A stretch of 31,824 nucleotides of DNA, from positions 1-31,824 of the forward strand of contig CAYOXR010000421.1 of the NCBI GenBank assembly GCA_964407955.1. The letters are read 5' to 3'. Made by a program: the position numbers and the translations under genes. The DNA is from an uncultured bacterium. GTDB taxonomy: Bacteria > Deinococcota > Deinococci > Deinococcales > Trueperaceae. Of the stretch, positions 25,807 through 31,824 are shown one piece after another. A model generated the notes under the pieces. That model was not told the origin of the DNA, ran no database searches, and was given only the letters and a program-made list of their open reading frames with translations. Positions within the stretch are counted from its first letter, which is position 1; each line of letters begins with the position of its first letter.

Positions 25807-27815
25807 GGGAGCGCCGCGGCAGCGGCGGCGCGCCTTCGGGCGGGACACCTCCCGGTGGCGCGCCCCAGACGATGCAGCGGACCGAGCGGATCCGCACCGG
25901 CGGCTTCGGTCACGGCCCACCCCGCATGGTCGGTCAGAAGGCGCAGAACTTCGGGCCGTCCTTGCGGCGCCTCGTGGGGAGCCTGCGTCCCGAGGTACGC
26001 AAGCTTGGCGTGGTGATCCTCACCGCGGTCGGCTCGGTGGCGCTCACCGCCATCGGACCCCGCGTGCTGGGCCACGCGACGGACCTGCTCTTCGCCGGCG
26101 TGATCGGCGCGCGCCTTCCCGCCGGCATCACCAAGGCGCAGGCGATCGCGGCGGCACGCACAGCGGGCCAGGGCCAGATCGCGGACATGTTGTCCGGCAT
26201 CAACCTCGTGCCCGGCAAAGGCGTCGACTTCACGGCGCTCGGCCACGTCCTGCTGCTCGCCCTCGGCGTCTACCTGGGCTCCGTGATCCTGCAGTACGTC
26301 CAGGGCTACCTGCTGAACGACGTCGTGCAGAACACCGTTTACCGCATGCGTGCCGAGGTGGAGGAGAAGCTCAACCGGTTGCCGCTGCGCTACTTCGATC
26401 GCCAGCCCCGGGGCGAGCTTCTGAGCCGCGTGACCAACGACATCAGCAACGTGCAGCAGAGCCTCCAGCAGACGATGAGCCAGGCCTTGACGTCGGTCCT
26501 CACCGTCGTGTTCGTGCTGGCGATGATGTTCTCCATCTCCCCCGTCCTGGCGCTGGTGGCCCTCGTCACGGTTCCACTGACCGCGGCCATCGCCGCGCTG
26601 GTGATGCGGCGATCTGGACGGCAGTTCATCGAGCAGTGGCGGCGCACGGGATCGGTCACGGCGCAGGTCGAGGAGGCCTTCACAGGGCACGCTCTCGTCA
26701 AGGTGTTCGGACGCCAGAAGGACGTTCAGGAAGCCTTCGAGGCCGACAACGAGGCGCTCTTCCAGGCAAGCTTCCGCGCACAGTTCCTGTCCGGCCTGAT
26801 CATGCCCATGAGCCGCTTCATCGGCAACCTCAACTACGCCGCCATCGCCGTGATCGGCGGGCTCAAGGTGGCCAACGGCACCATCAGCCTCGGCGACGTG
26901 CAGGCCTTCATCCAGTACACGCGCCGCTTCACGCAGCCGGTCACGCAGCTCGCTTCTATGGTCAACCTGCTCCAGTCGGGTGTCGCCTCGGCCGAGCGCG
27001 TCTTCGAGCTGCTCGACGCCGAGGAACAGATCCCCGAGATCGCAACCGCGACGCTGCCCGCCGTGCCCAGTGGCCGCGTGGCCTTCGAGCACGTGAGCTT
27101 CCGCTACGAGCCGGACCGTCCCCTCATCGGGGACCTCTCGCTCACGGCCGAGCCCGGTCAGACCGTGGCCATCGTCGGCCACACCGGTGCCGGAAAGACC
27201 ACGCTGGTCAACCTCCTCATGCGCTTCTACGAGCTGAACGCCGGGCGCATCACCATCGACGGCACCGACATCACCACGGTGAGTCGTGACGCCCTACGCT
27301 CCCGCATCGGCATGGTCCTCCAGGACACGTGGCTCTTCCGCGGCACCATCCGCGAGAACATCGCTTACGGGCGGCCGGATGCCGGCGAGGAGGCCATCCG
27401 GGCAGCGGCGGAGGCCGCCTACGTCGATCGCTTCGTGCACAGCCTGCCCGACGGCTACGACACCGTTATCGACGACGAGGGTGGCACCGTGAGCACCGGC
27501 GAGATGCAGCTGATCACCATCGCCCGCGCCTTCCTCGCCGACCCACCGCTGCTGGTGCTCGACGAAGCAACCAGCTCGGTCGACACCCGCACGGAGCTCC
27601 TCGTTCAGCAAGCCATGAGCGCCCTTCGCGGCAACCGCACGAGCTTCGTGATCGCTCACCGACTCTCCACGATCCGGAATGCCGACGTCATCCTGGTGAT
27701 GGAGCACGGCAAGATCGTGGAGCAGGGAACGCACGAGGCCTTGATCGAAGCCAACGGGGCCTACGCGGCGCTCTACCAGGCACAGTTCGAAGGCGGCGTC
27801 GAGCTGGCAGCCTGA
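25803..27815 (+). CDS. Heterodimeric type IV ABC exporter, subunit 2 (TM288-like)
   Basis: ATGA overlap. Walker A GHTGAGKT, degenerate signature VSTGE, Walker B LVLDE, IAHRL. Confidence 0.92.
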   Translation: MRERRGSGGAPSGGTPPGGAPQTMQRTERIRTGGFGHGPPRMVGQKAQNFGPSLRRLVGSLRPEVRKLGVVILTAVGSVALTAIGPRVLGHATDLLFAGVIGARLPAGITKAQAIAAARTAGQGQIADMLSGINLVPGKGVDFTALGHVLLLALGVYLGSVILQYVQGYLLNDVVQNTVYRMRAEVEEKLNRLPLRYFDRQPRGELLSRVTNDISNVQQSLQQTMSQALTSVLTVVFVLAMMFSISPVLALVALVTVPLTAAIAALVMRRSGRQFIEQWRRTGSVTAQVEEAFTGHALVKVFGRQKDVQEAFEADNEALFQASFRAQFLSGLIMPMSRFIGNLNYAAIAVIGGLKVANGTISLGDVQAFIQYTRRFTQPVTQLASMVNLLQSGVASAERVFELLDAEEQIPEIATATLPAVPSGRVAFEHVSFRYEPDRPLIGDLSLTAEPGQTVAIVGHTGAGKTTLVNLLMRFYELNAGRITIDGTDITTVSRDALRSRIGMVLQDTWLFRGTIRENIAYGRPDAGEEAIRAAAEAAYVDRFVHSLPDGYDTVIDDEGGTVSTGEMQLITIARAFLADPPLLVLDEATSSVDTRTELLVQQAMSALRGNRTSFVIAHRLSTIRNADVILVMEHGKIVEQGTHEALIEANGAYAALYQAQFEGGVELAA

Positions 27816-27845
27816 GCCGCCTCGGCGCGCCGCGCAACAACGGGT

Positions 27846-27886
27846 GCAGGCGGGTCCCGCCGACGCTTCCAGCAGGACCCGCCTGC
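27846..27886 (-). terminator. Hairpin between convergent ABC and DUF4242 genes
   Basis: 12-bp perfect stem GCAGGCGGGTCC/GGACCCGCCTGC, extendable by 6 pairs including G-U in the minus-strand RNA. It lies 3 nt from the stop at 27890. Confidence 0.55.
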
Positions 27887-27889
27887 CGG

Positions 27890-28141
27890 TCAGCTGCCCT
27901 CCTGCACCTCGATGATCTGATCCGCGGCCAGGCCGTGGGCCTCGCGGTGGACGTGCGCGCCGGCCTCGGCGCTGGGACCCTCGAAGAGGCAGAACACCTT
28001 TCCCGTGTCCTCGTCGAACCAGTACTTGAGGAACTTGACGCCGTACTTCGCCTGCACCTCGAGGTCTCGTTTGTGAGCCTCTGCAACGGCCTTGGCCGTC
28101 AGCCCCTCGACCCTGTCGTGGATGTCCATGAACAGCGGCAT
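27890..28141 (-). CDS. DUF4242 / SCO4226-like small metal (nickel)-binding protein
   Basis: MPLFMDIH...AEAHKRD...YWFDEDTGKVFCLFEGPSAEA...VHREAHGL...IIEV. SD GAGAGAGG. Confidence 0.85.
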   Translation of the reverse strand: MPLFMDIHDRVEGLTAKAVAEAHKRDLEVQAKYGVKFLKYWFDEDTGKVFCLFEGPSAEAGAHVHREAHGLAADQIIEVQEGS

Positions 28142-28279
28142 GCCCTCTCTCCTTTCGCGGGTGCCTCACGAGCACCCAACCTTCGCCACGAGTCACTGGC
28201 GGTGAAGGTCCCAGCGTTGCCCTGCAAGACAAAAGAGAACTGCAAGTACGGTTCTCAAGATGATAGCGGGGCAGGCGCT

Positions 28280-28299
28280 GCTTGTCTACAGTCACAAGC
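28280..28299. promoter_or_regulatory. Palindrome enclosing a possible -10, candidate operator of the MFS gene
   Basis: GCTTGT-N8-ACAAGC with TACAGT (28287-28292) inside. Confidence 0.3.
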
Positions 28300-28401
28300 G
28301 CGCGGCGACGAGGCGGCAGCGATTGATGACGATTGTCCCTGTGAGGCCCCACGGCACCGGTCGAGGATGAGGGGCGCGCCGCGCAGGCGCGGAAGGGAAC
28401 G

Positions 28402-30111
28402 ATGCCGCGGTCCCCGCTCGGTCGTCACCCGGACGACGCAGGCGCAATCGCAGTGCGCCACCCAACGCAGGCGACCAACCGCATCACCGGTCAGGCCCGC
28501 TGGTGGGCGTTGGGCGCCGTCATGCTGGCGATGTTCTTCGCCGCGCTCGACCAGACGGTCGTGTCCACGGCGCTACCCGTGATCGTCTCGGACCTCAACG
28601 GGCTGACCATCTACACCTGGGTGTTCACCGCCTACATGATGGCCTCGGCCATCACCGTTCCCATCTACGGCAAGCTCTCGGACATCTACGGCCGCAAGCC
28701 CTTCTACCTGATCGGCCTCGGTCTGTTCATCGTGGGCTCGGCCGCCAGCGGGCAGGCCCACACGATGATGGAGCTCATCCTGGCGCGGGCGCTGCAGGGC
28801 GTCGGTGGCGGCGCCCTGTTGAGCATGCCGCGCGCCACCATCGGCGACATCTTCAACCCCCGCGAGCGCGGCCGTTGGATGGGCGTGATGTCGGGCGTCT
28901 TCGGGCTGTCGAGCATCATCGGCCCGACACTCGGCGGCTGGATCACCGACCACCTGGGCTGGCGTTGGGTGTTCTACGTCAACCTGCCGGTCGCGGCGCT
29001 CGTCTTGCTGGCGGTGACGCTAACGCTGCCGCAGGTGCGCGTGGCTGGACGCGTCCAGCTCGACTGGCGCGGCAGCGTGCTCATGACGGCGGGGCTGGTG
29101 CCGCTGCTGCTCGGCTTCACCTGGGCCGGCAGTCGCTACGCCTGGGCGAGCCCGGTCACGCTGGGGTTGTTCGCCGCCGCCGCGCTCTTCCTGGCCATCT
29201 TCGTGGCCAACGAGCGGCGCGCGGCCGAGCCCATCCTCGATCCCCGGCTGTTCGCTGCGCCCGTGTTCACCATCGCCAGCCTCGTGGCGCTCTTCGTCAC
29301 CATGGCAATGTTCGGCGGGCTCATGTTCCTGCCGCTCTACGTGCAGGGCGTCCTCGGCTTCTCCGCGCAGGGATCCGGCGTGATTCTCACGCCCATGATG
29401 GTCGGCTTCGCCTTCGGAAGCGTGGTCGGAGGCCTCATCATGAGCCGCACGGGGCGATACAAGCTGATCGCCGTCGCCGGGGCGCTGCTCATGGTCGCTG
29501 GCATGGTGCTCTTCAACACCATGGGCGTCGCCACGCCGTGGCCCGTCGTGGTGCGCAACATGGTCGTGGCCGGTGTCGGCATCGGCGCGCTGTTGCCGCT
29601 GCTCAACGTGGTGGTTCAGAGCGCCTTCCCGTACCGCATCATGGGCGTGGTCAACGCCACCCAGCAGTTCGTGCGCTCGCTCGGCGGCGTCATCATCGCG
29701 CCCATCCTGGGCAGCGTGCTCGCCACCCGCTTCGCGGAGCGCTTCCACGAGGCCCTGCCGCTGACGCTGCGGCTGGTGCTCCGCTTCCTGCCGCCCCAGC
29801 AGCGCGCCGTGCTCGAGAATCCTCAAGGGCTCATGAGCGCGCAGGCACAGCAGGCCATCCGCGGCGCCTTCGAACGCTTCGGCGACCAGGGACAGACACT
29901 CTACGAGCAGTTCCTCCACGCCGTGCGCGTCGGGCTCGCCGCGGGCATGGGGCGCGTGTTCCTGGTCGGCCTGGTGATCGCCGCACTGGCGCTGTCGACC
30001 GCTTTGTGGCTGCCCGAGATCGGCCTCAAGCGCGACGAGTTCTTCGCCCCGGAGGCGCCGCCTCCGGTGTCCGAGCCCGGTCTTCCGGCCGAAGGGCACG
30101 ACCGTCGCTGA
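28402..30111 (+). CDS. MFS drug:H+ antiporter, DHA2 (14-TMS) family
   Basis: ALDQTVVSTALP, GKLSDIYGRK (motif A), ARALQGVGGG, GPTLGGWITD, WRWVFYVNLP. Confidence 0.92.
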   Translation: MPRSPLGRHPDDAGAIAVRHPTQATNRITGQARWWALGAVMLAMFFAALDQTVVSTALPVIVSDLNGLTIYTWVFTAYMMASAITVPIYGKLSDIYGRKPFYLIGLGLFIVGSAASGQAHTMMELILARALQGVGGGALLSMPRATIGDIFNPRERGRWMGVMSGVFGLSSIIGPTLGGWITDHLGWRWVFYVNLPVAALVLLAVTLTLPQVRVAGRVQLDWRGSVLMTAGLVPLLLGFTWAGSRYAWASPVTLGLFAAAALFLAIFVANERRAAEPILDPRLFAAPVFTIASLVALFVTMAMFGGLMFLPLYVQGVLGFSAQGSGVILTPMMVGFAFGSVVGGLIMSRTGRYKLIAVAGALLMVAGMVLFNTMGVATPWPVVVRNMVVAGVGIGALLPLLNVVVQSAFPYRIMGVVNATQQFVRSLGGVIIAPILGSVLATRFAERFHEALPLTLRLVLRFLPPQQRAVLENPQGLMSAQAQQAIRGAFERFGDQGQTLYEQFLHAVRVGLAAGMGRVFLVGLVIAALALSTALWLPEIGLKRDEFFAPEAPPPVSEPGLPAEGHDRR

Positions 30112-30368
30112 TGCGCCCGCCGGCAGCACCCGCCGCCGAGCCCTCCGGTCCGCGTCCACGACGACCCAAAGCGGTGAGGCTGACAGCGGCCGGCCAAGGA
30201 GCGAGATCGAAGAGCGGCCCGCCTTCGATATGCTGCGTGACGATCGGGACCCCCGGCACAACTGGTCGAGGGCTCGCCAGTGCCGCGACGGGCGTAGCCG
30301 GGCTCGCGGGCATGACACCGGGCCCGGTGGGTCGCGGCATCCAGAAGCTGCGGAAGGGCGGTATCGAG

Positions 30369-31259
30369 ATGCGACTTGGATCCCTTCGCAACGGCGGCGG
30401 CACGCGTGTCGTCGCGCAGGCCGCCGACGGCTGGGTCGACGTCGGTCGCGCCGCGAGCCTGGCGGAGCCCCTTGCGACCAGCCTGCGAGCACTGCTGGCC
30501 GCCGGACCGGACGTCATCGAGCGTGTGCGTGAGGCCGTGGGCGCTTCCGACGTCGCCGGCCGCCTCGAGCTCGACGCAACCCGTCTCGGACCGCCCATCG
30601 CCGATCCGGGCAAGGTTCTGTGCATCGGGTTCAACTACGGCGAGCACGCCGCCGAGTTCGGCATGGAGCGGCCCACGTTTCCCGAGATCTTCCTTCGCTT
30701 TCCCTCCACCCTGGCGGGGCCCTACGACGACGTGCCGCTTCCCGCGGCCTCCGACCATCTGGACCTGGAATCGGAGCTGGCGGTCGTCATCGGCCGGCGC
30801 GGCCGCAACGTGCCCCGTTCCGAGGCGCTGGAACACGTGGCCGGCTACATGGTCTTCAACGATTTCAGCGTCCGCGACTTCCAGTTTCGCGGCAGCCAGT
30901 GGACGGCCGGCAAGAACTTCGACGGCACGGCCCCGTGCGGCCCACTCCTCGTCACCGCGGACGAGGTCGCGGACCCCGGCAGCCTGGCCATCGGCTCGGA
31001 CATCGACGGCGTCAGCATGCAGTCCTCCAACACGCGCCACATGATCTTCGACGTCGCCACGCTGATCGCCGAGGCCTCCACTTTCGCGACGCTGCTGCCG
31101 GGCGACATCATCGCCACAGGCACGCCTCCCGGCGTCGGTTACAAGCGCAACCCGCCGCGCTTCGTGGCCACCGGCGAGGTCGTCCGCTGTTGGATCGACG
31201 GCATCGGCGAGCTCCGCAACAGGGTCGTGCCAGAGGCGGAGTGGATCGCGCGCCGCTAG
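30369..31259 (+). CDS. Fumarylacetoacetate hydrolase family protein (296 aa)
   Basis: PGKVLCIGFNY, DLESELAVVIG, FNDFSVRD, GKNFDG, GDIIATGTP. This is the C-terminal third of the 28503-31259 track ORF. Confidence 0.92.
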   Translation: MRLGSLRNGGGTRVVAQAADGWVDVGRAASLAEPLATSLRALLAAGPDVIERVREAVGASDVAGRLELDATRLGPPIADPGKVLCIGFNYGEHAAEFGMERPTFPEIFLRFPSTLAGPYDDVPLPAASDHLDLESELAVVIGRRGRNVPRSEALEHVAGYMVFNDFSVRDFQFRGSQWTAGKNFDGTAPCGPLLVTADEVADPGSLAIGSDIDGVSMQSSNTRHMIFDVATLIAEASTFATLLPGDIIATGTPPGVGYKRNPPRFVATGEVVRCWIDGIGELRNRVVPEAEWIARR

Positions 31260-31541
31260 CCGCCCCGACGGGCGCGCCACTCCGCGCTCCGTGCGGGCAA
31301 CACTGGACCATGCCGTCGATACCCGTTCGCAGGGCAGTAGACTGCTTAGCGAATCGTGTCCGCGCTTCGCCGTTCCGGTGCGCCGGCTCGCGCGCCCCGG
31401 GGCTGCGGCCCTGGGCCGGCAACCCTCGGCCGCCTCGCGAAGGCAGGCCGGGCGAAGGACCTTCGCAGGCGACGCCACACCGGTGTCGTTGCCGATGCGA
31501 GCGCGGCCCGATGACGTGACGGCACCGGAAGGGACATCGAC

Positions 31542-31824
31542 ATGCTGGTGGTGACAACCGAGAACATCCAGGGGCACATCGTCGAGCGGGTGATCGGTCA
31601 CGTCTTCGGGGTGGTGGTACGCAGCCGCGGGCTGGGAGGGAACCTCACGGCGGCGCTGCGCAGTCTCGGGGGTGGTGAGATCAAGGAGTACACGGAGATG
31701 CTCGAGGATGCTCGCAAGTCCGCCATCGACCGCCTGGTCCAGAACGCGCACGCCATGGGTGCGAACGCGGTCGTGATGATGCGCTTCGACTCCAGCGAGG
31801 TCGGCCAGACCATGTCCGAGGTGG
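31542..31824 (+). CDS. YbjQ/UPF0145 family protein, truncated by window end
   Basis: MLVVTTENIQG...GVVVRSR...GGEIKEYTEMLEDARKSAIDRL...GANAVVMMRFD. SD AAGGG. Absent from the ORF track because it has no stop in the window. Confidence 0.9.
   Translation, partial: MLVVTTENIQGHIVERVIGHVFGVVVRSRGLGGNLTAALRSLGGGEIKEYTEMLEDARKSAIDRLVQNAHAMGANAVVMMRFDSSEVGQTMSEV

Noticed and set aside
28280-28299. Rex or CRP site
   Set aside because: Spacing and half-sites do not fit TTGTGAA-N4-TTCACAA or TGTGA-N6-TCACA.
28503-31259. Apparent 918-aa FAH fusion
   Set aside because: The N-terminal two-thirds is an off-frame read of the MFS gene and spacer. The real start is ATG 30369.
1-31824. CRISPR arrays, tRNA/rRNA, transposases, integrases, known defence genes
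   Set aside because: No regularly spaced repeats, RNA gene signatures or relevant catalytic motifs were seen on either strand.

Overview
High-GC bacterial window. It is probably Deinococcota (Trueperaceae-like), inferred from three leaderless TAnnnT promoters, LxAC lipoproteins and a SARP/BTAD-like regulator; this is not a database result. From left to right: (1) 415-10552: a minus-strand cluster of six exported proteins with a divergent SARP-like regulator. It reads as a divergent chaperone-usher-like surface filament system: a major subunit, a DUF916/PapD-like chaperone, a paralogous minor subunit, a 1116-aa beta-barrel protein and two lipoproteins. This is the best candidate for an undescribed system. 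(2) 10725-16188: a metal homeostasis block with a CDF exporter, an Nramp-related transporter with non-canonical metal-site motifs, and CopA with a CsoR-type operator and a translationally coupled glutaredoxin. (3) An APH-like kinase, a small leaderless ORF, an MDR oxidoreductase and mscL. (4) 19248-22770: a three-gene helical/membrane module of unknown function. (5) A MarR plus heterodimeric ABC exporter operon, a DUF4242 protein, a DHA2 MFS transporter, an FAH-family hydrolase and a truncated YbjQ gene. No rRNA, tRNA, CRISPR array, transposase or integrase was seen. All family assignments come from motif recognition by eye, and several starts were moved from the ORF track using Shine-Dalgarno (SD) or leaderless signals.
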